Part shown: positions 1 through 12,891 of the stretch, piece by piece
Layout: the number at the start of each line of letters is the position of its first letter
How positions within the stretch are numbered: the stretch's first letter is position 1
Assembly: GCF_006345805.1 (NCBI RefSeq)
Contig: NC_043000.1
Location: 62,496,001-62,560,000 of the forward strand
Reading direction: 5' to 3'
DNA from: Octopus sinensis
Taxonomy: Eukaryota
Length of the DNA stretch: 64,000 nucleotides
Program-made: the position numbers and the translations under genes
The notes under the pieces: model-generated
The model's database searches: none
What the model was told of the DNA's origin: nothing
Seen by the model: only the letters and a program-made list of their open reading frames with translations

Positions 1-48
1 CACCTACATGGTAACAAGGTTATGAAGGAAAGTATCTTGTTATAACTG

Positions 49-390
49 TCATCCTTTTAATCTTAAGAAGGTTTTGCAGATTTTTATAGTCCCAGTTATT
101 GTGATTATGTGTACCGTATGAATTAAGAATTTGCATTCTCTCCCCAAGATTCCAAGTTCAGCCACACTTTGCTTCGGGCGGGTTGGTGTGTATCTTGTTG
201 CTCCAATAATATGGGTATGAAGCTGAAGGTGTTTCTTGGATACTAGATTTGCAAACACTTTATCAATAGTCCATAGATGTCTTCTATAATTTCTAACCAT
301 TTTCTTATCCAGGGGACAGCTGATTTCCACAACAGAACATACCCTTTCAATAAGGTCCCACACAACGATATCTGGCCGGTTTTATTTTAA
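49..390 (-). mobile_element. 3' remnant of an RLE-type (R2/R4/NeSL superfamily) non-LTR retrotransposon, restriction-like endonuclease domain
   Basis: Minus-strand frame reads NRPDIVVWDLIERVCSVVEISCPLD...TITGTIKICKTFLRL, matching the RLE pattern (RPDIV...I[D/E]..CP.D) also seen at 52813-53170 and 55694-56047. Confidence 0.7.
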
Positions 391-969
391 CTTGATAGCT
401 GCTTTGATTTTCAGGTTCCATCAGTATTCTTTATGTATGTAATGTAATGCAATATATGAATGTATTTTGCGGCGAAATGACAAAATCGTTAGCACGCCGG
501 GCAAAATGCTTAAGGCATTTCGTCTGTCTTTACATTCTTTACATGAAATTGCTGGCTTTGTACAAAAATTTGGAATTAATACATATGTCAGTGCATATGC
601 ATGCACACGCGCGCATATGTGAATAATTCAATAAATACCCTTAAGAGAATAAGTTACCAACTCCATAGCACTCCTATCCTGCGATGTTTACCCAGCCTAC
701 ATTCACATTTTCACGCAAGGTAGACTTCTACATGATCCAGCATTGCTCTATATATCATTTGATTCAAAATATATTGCCCACATATAATTGATTCAGCAAA
801 AACAAAAATATTTTTCTGCAGCTCATTTTATCAAAAGAGTCAGTATAACTAAAATTACCTGTTATTATGCTGCAAAACTAGAACCAAGTTGTTCTAATAA
901 TTGGAACACCTGTAAACCTTGTATTACTTCAAATTCTGTTTTACTTCATTCTAGTTGAGGCATCATTTA

Positions 970-1192
970 AGGTGGTGAGCTGGCAAAATCACTAGCACGC
1001 CGGGCAAAATGTTCAGCAGTGTTTTGTTCATCTTTATGCTCTGAGTTCAAATTCCGCCTAGGTCGACTTTGCGTTTCATCTTTTCAGAGTCGATGAAATA
1101 AGTACCATTTGAGTACATGAGTCGATGTTAACGATTTATCACATCCCCCTAAATGCTAGCCTTGTGCCAAAATTTGGAATCAATTTAGGCAT
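970..1192 (+). mobile_element. tRNA-like SINE, family A (abundant octopus-type SINE)
   Basis: GGTGGTGAGCTGGCAAAATC...GAGTTCAAATTCCGCC head (A/B-box-like); related copies at 11939, 16295 and 60065, with fragments at about 480, 2400 and 19770. Confidence 0.7.
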
Positions 1193-1251
1193 CATTTAGT
1201 TATACATACACATACATATTATATGTACGTGTGTGTGCGTGTGCGCGCGCA

Positions 1252-1413
1252 CGCACAGGCGTGGCTGTGTGGTAAGAAGCTTGCTTCCTAACCGCATGGT
1301 TCTGGATCTAATCCCATTGTGTGGCATCTTTGTCAAGTGTTTTCTTCTATAGCCTCGGGCCGAACAAAGCCTTGTGAGTGGAAACTGAAAGAAGACCATC
1401 GTATGATTATATA

Positions 1414-1455
<42 letters not shown>

Positions 1456-1525
1456 ACAGAACGATAATAAGGACTGCGGTCTATTCGTTCGACTAAAAAT
1501 TATTCAAAGCGATACCCCAGAATGA
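1252..1525 (+). mobile_element. tRNA-like SINE, family B (head + internal microsatellite + tail)
   Basis: GCAGGCGTGGCTGTGTGGTAAGAAGCTTGC...GGAAACTGAAAGAAG head followed by (TG)n; same head at 32703 (-), 49232 (+) and 49535 (-). Confidence 0.7.
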
Positions 1526-2582
1526 AAGAATATATATGTGTAGGCGTGTGAGTGCTTGTGCGTATGTGTGTGTGTGTGTGTGTGTGTGGTTATACAATAT
1601 AATACACTGCAAAGATAAATTTTAATAGCAACCAATCTTTTATTTTTTTTTCTTTACTGATTTGTGCTATATTGATTTTACTAGTTCAACTCTAAACCAT
1701 ATACAGTTTTACTTTACGAAACCCGTAATGATATTTTTGACCAGAAAAAATTAGTTGTTGCTCTCTGTTCTTCCAAGTTTTCAATCAGTTAACAATAAAT
1801 ATGAAATCATACGGCTATTTATTTTATTTCGATAGAAATAACTTTATTAATTTACCAAACCTGTATGCACGATTCACAGTTAATTAATTGAAATCGAAGT
1901 AAAAATACAAATTTTGTATTGTTATGATTCCATCATAATTAATTGGAATATTTTTAAACATAAATCTTTAGATGCCATCGACTATTCTTAATATCTTTTA
2001 TCTATTTACACGAGTATGTCTTAATACTATCTGTAAATAAGAACGTATTCAATTTTATATTTAACTCTTTACCTGTCCTGTTCATTGCTTGTTGTGAAGA
2101 CAGGACATATTTCCCTAGCAATCATTTATCATATACACATTCCCAGTTCTTTCAACCCGCAGAATAACTTCGGACTCAAGAAACAAAATCTCTATTTTAC
2201 TCAGAACGTATGTATCAAGGGCTAACTAAAAGTATGAAACACGTATAGATGTTTAGCACAAACTTATGAAATTACTATGGACAGGCAAAGTGTTAAAAGC
2301 TCTTGTTTTATAACTTTATAAGTAGGATGATTACCAATTTAGTTACATGGTCAGATGTTTATAGTCGATGACACTAGACGGTTAGTCGATGACACTAGAC
2401 CACAGTATTTGACTGGTACTTTATTTTATTGTTCTTGAATAGATGAAAGGCAAAATTGACTTCAGCAGAATTTCAGAACCGGAAGAAATACCGAAAGTAA
2501 TTTAATTCAATGTTCTACGTATTCTGTCAATCGTCACTCCCTAGGCCGTCGAAATAGTCCAAAAGTCTACTATATATAACAA

Positions 2583-2665
<83 letters not shown>

Positions 2666-2681
2666 TATATACATACATACA

Positions 2682-2716
<35 letters not shown>

Positions 2717-2734
2717 TATATATACATATTTATT

Positions 2735-2766
<32 letters not shown>

Positions 2767-2768
2767 GA

Positions 2769-2808
<40 letters not shown>

Positions 2809-2809
2809 A

Positions 2810-2882
<73 letters not shown>

Positions 2883-3627
2883 TGTGTAATTATTTGTGTT
2901 TACATAACAGCTGTTCTTACTTCAAAATGGTAACTTAGCCGATTAACAAAATATAGATTGCCGAAATAAGCACTGAAATCGCTATGATCCTTTAGGTGTT
3001 ACCCCTGTATGGCCGCAGTTCAACGGCTGAAACTAGTAAATAATTAAAGATTACACAGAAATTTACACTTCACAGTATATGCATTTAATGTATGTACCGT
3101 AAAATGTAAATGCTACACGCATGAACTTCCTATTGTGTACCATATGAATATCCCAAATATACATGTTACATGTCCATATGGATATCCAAAATATACATTG
3201 TAGAGTATATATCATACATAAATTTGAAGTCAATGTTTTAGTTTTAGATATATTCCTTTAAGATAAAATACTTTTCTGATACTATATTTAAATTAAGACT
3301 GAACATAAATTTAAAAAAGGGAACACATAAATAATGAATGTATAAATTAGCACTACGTGAAGTATTGCTGAATTTCCGAATTTGTTTTATAAATAATTCA
3401 AAAAGTGACTATTTTTAATTATCAATTACTAGTGAAGACACAGTATTTCCTTTTACAATCATAATACACTACTAAGTATATTAAAGGTTTTAAGTCGATA
3501 TTGTATCATACTTTTTGTGTTAGTAGTGCGATATTCTCATTTTTATGTGATAAGCTATAGCTTTTATATAAGAGACAGCACTGAAACTTAAGACGTTTTG
3601 TCTATGCATACATCTATTTAAATGATG

Positions 3628-3978
3628 CAATTGAAGATAGAAAAAATAGGTAATGGTTGTATATGCATACTTCAAGCGTTATTGCTCTTTCGTCAGCACC
3701 ACATCCAACCCATTAACTATCCACGAACACATTGTTTGATTAGCCACTATGATTAGCCGTGTAACACTATTTGATAGACTAATATACATATTAAACACAT
3801 TCTTGGCAGCTGCTGTATAGATATTAATTGTTAACAATAGTGTTACATCGCTAAAGTTAGTGGGTATTTAAGTAGTGTGGTCGTGGATAGTTAATGGGTT
3901 GGATGTGGTGATGACCAAAGAATAACTCTTGAAAATGCATATAGCGCATTACCTATTTTTCTATTTTCGATCACATTG
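3628..3978. repeat. Diverged fold-back (inverted repeat) element, MITE-like
   Basis: About 3628-3735 is the reverse complement of about 3875-3978 (shared core CACCACATCCAACCCATTAACTATCCACGA); inner GTAACACTATT / AATAGTGTTAC also inverted. Confidence 0.65.
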
Positions 3979-5156
3979 TTTACATATACACATTCCTATA
4001 CGAAACGCTGTAACTCACAGTGTTGGATATGGATTCTACAGAAAATCCATAGTTTATCCCTTACAAATGACTATATTTAGTGTATAGATGTGCTATATAC
4101 AGTTAACTCTTTAATAAATATAGTCACTGCAATGTGTACACTAATTTCAAGCAAATAATAAGTTCCTTATAGACTGCTTGTAAGACAGTATTTTCCTCCT
4201 GGTTGAAGTAGTTTCACATCATTTATACTGCTAATTAACTTGGAAATGATACCAGCATCAGCGATTGTGATTTCTCTTTCCTCTATACAAAGGAATCCAA
4301 ACTTTTAAATTTTATCTTTATTTTAATACTGCAACTGCTAACAATTTATAAAGTAGAACCACCAATTCTTACAATAGAATTATTTAGGAAAAGCTAACTT
4401 TGTTTCATCAGTGTATCATATAATCAACAGGATATTGCTATCTTATAAGAGAATTAGATTTCATTATAAGACACATGACCAATTACTAATATGCCAGCGA
4501 AACGGATTTGCTTGGAATCGTAGCAGTATTTTAATGGCATGTCTTTTTGATAAGCTGGCGTTGACAACAAAGATTGCACCTGCAACCATCACGTGAGGCT
4601 GCTAATTGGCCAGCACATTTACTTATTACAAACGTAAGGTTACAAGGAAAATCATTTACACAATTTACATTAAACTATTTTGCTATTCGGCGTCTTTAAT
4701 TTGCTTACGTTTTTTGTAGTTGTTTTTTGGGGTTTTTTTGCTTTGTTTTGTTTTTGTAGTGGTGGGCAGAAGCATGAAATGTTATCAACTGTTATTTGGA
4801 AAAATGAATATTTGTATAAAGCTCATTCAGACCGCAGGAAAATAAATTATAATACGCTAATTGTTATTTTCCTTTGCCTAAGTAGCTCCAATTTTAGTAA
4901 TTTCTGTTTGTTTTTGTTTGTTGTTTGTTTATAATGCTTAGGTTTGCTACAGATTGTGAGTAAAGGGCATCTTAAAGTGTTCTTGGGGAGGTCTTCTTCG
5001 AAAGATTTATTACATAGAAAAACAAAATATTTAAATGCACCCCACCACGTGGAATGAAATCTGAATTGATTTAGCGTTTTGAATTAGCACAGAAACGTTC
5101 CTTCTGATGGGTGTCATTTCATAGTTCGTATATATATGTATATATATATATATACA

Positions 5157-5194
<38 letters not shown>

Positions 5195-5293
5195 TATATA
5201 TAGGGGGGGGGGAGAATTAAAAAAAAAGACGAAGAAAGGTGGTGTAGAAAACAAACAGATGTATTAGTATAACGCTCGCGAATTGAAAAAGGA

Positions 5294-5327
5294 TTTAACG
5301 TTTCGAGCCTACGCTCTTCTGCAGAAA
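5294..5327 (-). ncRNA. Degenerate minimal hammerhead-like motif (A6C)
   Basis: Minus strand: TTT CTGCAGA A GAGC GTAG GCTC GAAA CGT T AAA; stem II intact, core mutated, stem I only 3 bp. Confidence 0.35.
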
Positions 5328-5768
5328 GGAACACAGAAAGGAAGAAGGGGAGAAACAAGGAGAGAAAAATGTATGTAGTGGCTAGTGATCTATCAATATA
5401 TATATATATATATATATTGAATACAAATAAAATCAAGTGAATTATAAAGTAAAGAAGGGACAAATGAACAGCATACGAAATTAGAGAAGTAAAACGCGTG
5501 GTAAAAAGAGCGTAGAACTATGAAACAGAACAATAAGAATCAAAGAAACGTATGCCATGAAAATAAATGTGTTCAATATAAATAAAGACAATAATGAAAG
5601 GAGTAAAAGGATATGTTTCGGGTTGTAGACTTTATCAAAGGGAAAAAAAGAAATGAACCAAGTGAGAGAAAAGAAATGAACAAGATACCAGTTTAATGAT
5701 GTCTGTTTACATTGCAGACTCTGTGTGTGCGTGTGTGCGTGTGTGAGTGAGTAAGTTTAATGTATGTA

Positions 5769-5817
<49 letters not shown>

Positions 5818-6080
5818 ATATATATATATATATAATTAATTAAGGGTAGAAATTGATATTAGTCAATTAAAACCCGTGGTCTAGCATATTAAAAAGAATC
5901 CGAAGATTAAAATATTTTTACATACAACTTAAGGACTGAACACGAAAAGTGGACATTCAGCATGCTAGATATAAACGTCAAATCGCCATTCTCCACAAAG
6001 AGTATGTTCTCAAATAAAACTCAGCACAAAACCAAAGCATTAAACAAGACAAATGAAAATATACGAAATAAAATAATTAC

Positions 6081-6145
6081 CCATGTACTGAATCAGTTTC
6101 GATTATTATTATCCGCAAGGATAAACTGTAATCTCGTCAGCATGG
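6081..6145 (-). ncRNA. Type I hammerhead ribozyme, canonical core
   Basis: Minus strand: CCATG CTGACGA GATTA-(CAGTTTATCCTTGCGGATAATAA)-TAATC GAAA CTGATTCAG TA CATGG; stems I, II and III all pair, GUA cleavage triplet. Confidence 0.85.
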
Positions 6146-6254
6146 TCTGTTATAAATACAATCTGCTGGACTAGATGCAAAAACGATTGACCGGAGTCTC
6201 GCATGCATGGAGTTCAACCGATTATATTTGAATGTATTTTTCAAATGCCTTCAC

Positions 6255-6314
<60 letters not shown>

Positions 6315-6503
6315 TAGATAATTTATATAGTATATATATATATATACATATATATAATACATATATATATATATATATACATACTATATAGATATCATAT
6401 CTATATATATATATATATATATGCATATATATATATGCCATATATATATATAGTAATAGATATATATAATATATATATATATATATGCATATATATATAT
6501 GTC

Positions 6504-6552
<49 letters not shown>

Positions 6553-6614
6553 ATATCTATATATATATATGTTATATATATATATATTCTACATATATAT
6601 ATATATATATAAAC

Positions 6615-6645
<31 letters not shown>

Positions 6646-6646
6646 C

Positions 6647-6682
<36 letters not shown>

Positions 6683-6724
6683 ATATACATATATATATAT
6701 ATAGATAATATATATATATATATC

Positions 6725-6770
<46 letters not shown>

Positions 6771-6774
6771 CATA

Positions 6775-6805
<31 letters not shown>

Positions 6806-6895
6806 CATATATATATATACATATATATATATATAATAGAAATATTAAAATTACTAAGTCTCTCTAAAAGAGAACACGGCAGCGTTCCCGGAAAA

Positions 6896-7205
6896 TAATA
6901 GTTATCGCCATACTAATATGGCATTCTTATAAAAATAAGAATAAAGCTATCCGCTTATTAGCTCATGAGGCCATCGCCTTAAGTTAGCTATTTGACTACG
7001 CTACATTGAAAAGGGGCAATACCCCGAAACGCGTCTGTAGCTGTCGGTCAAGTAGTGTGGAGCGACTGACCTCCTTGTTCGAAGGTTATATGGATACAGT
7101 TTGTGTATCAAATAGCTAACTAAGGCGATGGCCTCATGGAGCTAATAAGCGGACAGCTTTGTTCTTATTTTTATAAGAATGCCATATTAGTATGGCGATA
7201 ACTAT

Positions 7206-7207
<2 letters not shown>
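6896..7207. repeat. Inverted repeat (about 100-bp arms) embedded in (TA)n, with a hammerhead motif in the spacer; PLE pLTR-like
   Basis: 6896-6995 is nearly the exact reverse complement of 7108-7207. Confidence 0.9.
7000..7041 (+). ncRNA. Minimal type I hammerhead ribozyme, U3-A8 covariant core
   Basis: GCTACA TTGAAAA GGGG CAATA CCCC GAAA CGCGT C TGTAGC: 6-bp stem I, 4-bp stem II, palindromic ACGCGT stem III, GUC triplet. Confidence 0.75.
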
Positions 7208-7261
<54 letters not shown>

Positions 7262-7277
7262 TATTATTTATATATAT

Positions 7278-7329
<52 letters not shown>

Positions 7330-7403
7330 TATATATATTATATATATATATATATTATATATATATATTTTATATATATTCATATTATATATATATTCAT
7401 ATC

Positions 7404-7712
7404 TAATTTTCTAGATGGTGTATTTTAATATTCATTTTGAATTGATTAAAGGTGTTTTTCTAATATTTTTATTATATATGTATGTATATATATATATATA
7501 TGTATATATATTGTATATATATATAGATATATAATATATATATATATGAATATATATATTATTAAATATATAATATATATGAAGTATATATATTTATATT
7601 ATATATATATATTCATATATATATATATATTCATATATATATATATAAATATATAAAATATATTCATATATATATTTATATTCTATATATATATTCATAT
7701 ATATATATATTC

Positions 7713-7747
<35 letters not shown>

Positions 7748-7937
7748 TCATATATATATATATTATTATATATATAATATTAATATATATATATATATAT
7801 TTTATATATATATATGTATATTCATATATATATATATTCATATATATATATTCATATATATTCATATATATATATATATATATTCATATATATATAATAT
7901 ATAGATATATATATATCATATATATATATATATACAC

Positions 7938-7969
<32 letters not shown>

Positions 7970-8056
7970 TATACATACATATATATAAAATTTTAGAAAA
8001 AAAAACACTTTTATCAATTCAAACTGAATAATTAAATACACCATCTAGAAAAATTA
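7404..8056. repeat. Inverted repeat (about 70-bp arms) around a (TA)-rich spacer of about 500 bp
   Basis: TAATTTTCTAGATGGTGTATTTTAAT... (7404-7475) vs ...ATTAAAATACACCATCTAGAAAAATTA (7985-8056). Confidence 0.7.
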
Positions 8057-8119
8057 AAATTAAAATAACCATAAAAAGTAAAATTAAGTAAATTACAAAA
8101 ATAGTTTAATGTATATAAT

Positions 8120-8167
<48 letters not shown>

Positions 8168-8559
8168 ATATATATATATACATACAGTAAATAGACGCAT
8201 ATTAACTTGGTACAATATTAATTCAGCTGAAATAATTATTCACTGAGTGCTCACAACAACTCAACAAGTAGCCTGTGCTACCACTTTAAGTCCATCTAAA
8301 ATAAGCGAAAAGAATGGAGCTCAAATGTAGAGCATAAAATATAGGCTATTTACCACAAAATATATACATTTACTTTCTGAAATGCGTAGAAGTACATATC
8401 TCGTCAGCAGAGAGTTTCAAAAGAGAATATTGGTGTTATGTATCTATAGTTGTTATGAGTCGACACAGCATGAATGAAATGTGAAGAGACGGAACAAAGG
8501 CACTGTGGTCACAAAATTTCGTTTTTGCAGGTTGTATATAATCACCAAATGAAGCGTGA

Positions 8560-8868
8560 CTTAATGGTCAGTGCTATTTGCCTCACGATCGTAAGATTGT
8601 GAATTCAATTCCTGGTAATGGTTGTGTTTGTGAGCAAAACACTTTACTTTCACTTTCCTCCAGTCCACTCAGCTGGTAAAAAATTAGTAGTATCGGTATT
8701 TCAAAGGGACCAGCCTTGTCACATACTGTGCCGCGCTGAATATGCCTAAGAACTACGCTAAGGGTACATAACTACGCTAAAGCTCAGCCACTTGCACATT
8801 AATTTCCCGACCAGGCTCTTCCGTTGATTGAATCAACTGGAAACCTCATTGTCATGAACGACGATCAC
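8560..8868 (+). mobile_element. Degenerate SINE-like repeat (third family)
   Basis: tRNA-like head (TGGTCAGTG...GAATTCAATTCC) followed by a body of the type seen in cephalopod SINEs; family not identified. Confidence 0.4.
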
Positions 8869-9929
8869 TTTAAATGTAGATTTCAAGAGGCAGGATATAA
8901 TTCGGGATGTTTTAAATATATGATAGACACATATGTGTTTCAAATTACACATAGTTTCTCATCTAAATACGAGGTAATTATCACTGGAAGTTCACAATAA
9001 GAAACTCGAAGCCAAATAGTGCTAGGACCATATCATATGAATAAAATAGAACAGCATGTGAGAATCTCAAATATATCATACAAAATATGAGTGGACACAA
9101 AATTTTGTCTTTCCTCTAAAGTGTTCAGTCGAGTAAGATATAGATTTTAGAAAATATCCTTTAAAAACGAAATAATTAGATTATAGGTACTAGTTATTAT
9201 ACAGTTACAAGCACAAGCCCTGCCACTTATAGAGACAATTTTTACAACAAGGCACCTTAAAAAACATTACTTGATACTAAGGGAATATCCATCGAGCCAA
9301 TGAAGAGGAGTGGCTCGCTAGAAATAGCAGACAAATCACTGTCAAATTATATCCTAATGCTTTTTTCTAAAAGAAAGCCATTTTAGACATAATAGGCCTA
9401 AATTAACCAAAAATAATCACTCCCAGAATACCTTGGAGCATAGGGCTGGCCTAAAGCTACAATCAACACCTGCAAATTTAAAGCGTAAAATGTTACTAAA
9501 GAAAGTATATCCAAAGAAATCGTCCCATAGTGTTGCCAGTTCTTGTGAAAGTGGAAATTATTTCCGACATTGTTTCAAAGCTGTAAATATATAGGGAAGG
9601 AATATAAGCAATTGAATCAGTCTCAGTACATAGCTGGTTTTGTAAGGCTAATCGAGCCTGGACAGACAATGCATCGTGGAATGCATTTTAGTTCAGAACA
9701 TAGACAAATCCAAACACTGTATAATATGTAGTGATGCTGTCTGCTGTTTCTACCAACTCATCATCCCTATATTCAATATTGCAATGAGGTTTGTAAGGTG
9801 ACAAGATATGGGGAGTAGTTAAAAAACAACTGTGCTATGAAACCCACAGAAACTTCACCCCCACCCACATTTTCAAATATTTTTTGCTATTTCTTTCTTT
9901 ACCAATAATTTTAGGTAACATTTTACGTT

Positions 9930-11730
9930 TTTGAGGGAGTGAATTACATTAAGTTAAAAATTCAAAGAAGTTTGAAATGAATAAGTGAAAATGCAGATGT
10001 TATAGAAGTTAGTGGGAACGAAGAGCGGAGAGATAACAAACGATAAATTCATCTAAAAAACACATTAGAGTTTTTGCATGCATGTGTGAAACGGAGTAAA
10101 AGTTTAATATTAACAAAATATCCTTTTCCTACTTCTTAAAATCACTGCATATAATATATATAATCCCGAATAGATTTTCCCTTTGCAATTTTTGGAGCCG
10201 AAATGTGTTTCATTTTTGTGTGTGTGGAGAGAGAGAGAGAGAAAGAGAGAGAGTGAGACCCTTTTGTTTGTAATTGGCTATCCTGTTGCCGGTTCAATCC
10301 GAGGAATATTGAAATGATACCCATCTTGTCCATTCCACAGAATAAGATTATACTGGAGAACATCATAAGAGGGATGAATCTGTGAAACACATTTAAGGTT
10401 GTTATCTTGAACACGAATGAGAATATCATGATTTTTAATGGGATCACCAACCATAAGGATGGCTGCTTCATTAGATGTGGGCTCATTAAAACAGCGTAAA
10501 GTGTTCTTTACTATAGATGTAACGAACGCAGAAACACACACTCATAGAATTGATACTGAAAAGAGCAAAAGGTACACACGCAGTTCAAGCGAAACGAAAT
10601 GTAGTCAATATAGGTGCAAAACATACTTTGTGTAGCATAGTTAGGCTATAAAAAAATTAGCAATTTAACAAATGTTAGTATGTGTCACCAATGTAAAAAA
10701 AGTACAAACAGTTGACATTTATTTAGAACATATACTAAATGTTATAAAATTCACGATTAAATGAATGTGACGGTGAAGAAAGTGCAAGTCCAAGAAAATT
10801 CAGAAGGCATAATTCAGTTTTATACACAAAAATAATTTATTTTACAATTTTGAAACGAATGCTGAACAAAGTGAATAAAAAGTAAGATGCTGTTTTTGAA
10901 CTATGTAACATTAAAGGCTGTAGAATAGATACTGAGTAATGTAGTAAAAAGGTTGTGCGACTTTGACATTCACAGTGATGAAGAACACAAGGACTGTTAA
11001 GAAAAAAACATTATCTTGAAACTGGTTAGAAGGAGTGGAATAACATTTCTGTAATTATATTGAAAGAGCCGCTGAGGCTTTCTACTTCGACAAGTTTCCG
11101 AATTTGTTATAATAACCAAAATAATATATTTTTCAGATATATTTGAGAATATTGTGAGTGGAGGCAAATATTCATGTTGGTAGTACTTGAAAGTAAATGC
11201 TGTTTGTTTGAAGTCCAAGCCGCAAGTGAACTTTCAATGTCCACGCGTTTCACTCTTGGGGGAGGGGAAGTTGCATACATAAACTAAGAGACACACACAC
11301 ATACATTAACGCACACGAGAAGCCTATCTCTGTCCCTGCTTGTGTCTGTTTCTGTCTTTAGATGTGTGTGTGTCAGTCGCCACAAAAATGTATGTATTCT
11401 GACAGATACATACACCGTCACACACATATACTTGTCAGTCATCGGCCTAATGTAGGTAACGAACGTGCGAACACACGCATATAGAAAATGTGACGTCATC
11501 GTCCTTTTGGTGGTGATATAAAATGTCGATAGGTGACTAAAAGAAAAAATGATAATGTTAAATTTTTGTAATGCAAATATTCGAATGAAAATATAATTTA
11601 GTTGGTAACCAAAACCTTGGTGAATCTTTTGATACCCCTTACATGAAAATCAGCAACTCGGGTTTGGAATGCATACGGAACATACGCGCGCGCACACACA
11701 CACATACAAACTGTCTTATATAAATATAGA
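9930..11730 (-). mobile_element. Decayed Helitron: 5' TC terminus at 11730 plus RepHel remnant; 3' end not found
   Basis: Minus strand begins A|TCTATATTTATATAAG (same 5' style as the 517-bp Helitrons) and contains a RepHel-like frame at 10278-10541. The left boundary is approximate. Confidence 0.65.
10278..10541 (-). pseudogene. Helitron RepHel protein fragment
   Basis: FNEPTSNEAAILMVGD...DILIRVQDNNLKCVSQIHPSYDVLQYNLILWNGQDGYH resembles the conserved Helitron segment (FN.P...EVA...G...I.E.H.SYD.LQYPL.F..GEDGY). Confidence 0.8.
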
Positions 11731-11938
11731 TAGAAGCCAATAATGAAATGGAAATTAAAAAAATCTGGGGAGATTAGAACACAAATGTGATGGCAGAGAT
11801 ATATAACGTAATCTAAAAGAATTGTAATAATTTATAAGTCGATATTATAAGTTTAGTAGCGCTATTTCTGTGGATGAATATGACAGCAAGGGAAACATTC
11901 GAGCCCTATCGTACTCAGAAACCATGTATATTTGATTC

Positions 11939-12145
11939 CGGCAGTGAACTAGCCGAATCGTTAGCAAGCTGGGCAAAATGCTAGGCGGCGCTTCGTCCGT
12001 CTTTACGTTCAGAGTTCAAATTCCGCTGAAGTCGACTTTGCCTTTCTCCCTTTCGGGGTCGATAAAAGACACACCAATTGAGCATTGGGGTCGATTTGAT
12101 CAACCCCCCGCCATACTGAAATTTGTTGCCAAAATTTGAAACCAA
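11939..12145 (+). mobile_element. SINE family A copy
   Basis: GGCAGTGAACTAGCCGAATCGTTAGC...AGAGTTCAAATTCCGC...TTGAAACCAAT, homologous to 970-1192. Confidence 0.7.
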
Positions 12146-12891
12146 TGGTACGAAATTCTACACTCTTATTCAAGTCTTCCTTTAAATTCTAACTGAAAAA
12201 GAGACATTCATTATATTACATTCATAGAAAAGTCATGACGACTCAGGGTTATAATCAGGTTAAATAAGCAGTAATGTAATAAGTGAAAATTCTACAGATG
12301 TTAATTAATAAAAAGGCGATTATAGTCGTTGTAAGAGAAAGTCGTTTCTGAAGAATGATGGAGGAAAGAATGAAAGAAAGAATCAATGAAAGACTGCTGA
12401 GATTTTTCTCTATCCATTCAAATACTCTGACTGTAATAATTAGCAGTTAACTGCATCTTATATTACAGTTATACAAGCATTTATGCTGTTTATAGTGTCA
12501 TACATGATTAACTTCTAAGAATGATCGATGCCTCCAATTCATTAGAAAGAATCCAAAATAATACATTTCAATGAACTATGTATCGTTCAAAATTAAAATT
12601 ACAGCATAAATTTATCCTTGAGTAGCTAACAAGTGAAGAAGTCTGTTAACGTTATAGAATACAAGAGAGGGATGGAGTTGATCTGAAAGCACATCAGTTT
12701 TGTCTATGAAGATGTGTTGTAAAACATCCAACGTTCTCTACGAGAAAGTTTAATATATTTTTAAACAGAACACTTTATTTTACTCCTACGCCTATAAAGG
12801 TAACTCAGCTAATATAGTATGGATATTTTTCTATTACAATACAGAAATTTTGCCCAAAAGGGGTATTCCTATCATTCTCATATTCTATAAT

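Larger units (their letters stand above)
6256..8180. repeat. Long interrupted (TA)n arrays, representative of many others (about 2580-2860, 26500-27390, 27650-27920, 29950-30650, 31350-31800)
   Basis: Direct reading; source of the spurious (YI)n ORFs. Confidence 0.95.

Noticed and set aside
2362-2400. 18-bp direct repeat TAGTCGATGACACTAGAC, two copies
   Set aside because: Simple local slippage at a SINE edge with no further structure.
4411-4632. Plus-strand exon with good-looking acceptor (GCTAAC...TTTCATCAG) and GTAAGG donor
   Set aside because: All three frames contain stops; at most non-coding, with no further support.
5608-5646. Minus-strand TTGATAA...CCCGAAACATATC (possible U3-A8 hammerhead)
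   Set aside because: Stems I and II do not pair; too degenerate to call.
6256-7428. (YI)n, (CV)n and (HT)n ORFs here and throughout the window
   Set aside because: Translations of (TA)n, (TG)n and (ATGT)n microsatellites, which lack stops by composition.
8370-8420. Minus-strand CTGACGA-GATATG...CATTTC-AGAAA candidate
   Set aside because: Offset GAAA and no stem I or III pairing.
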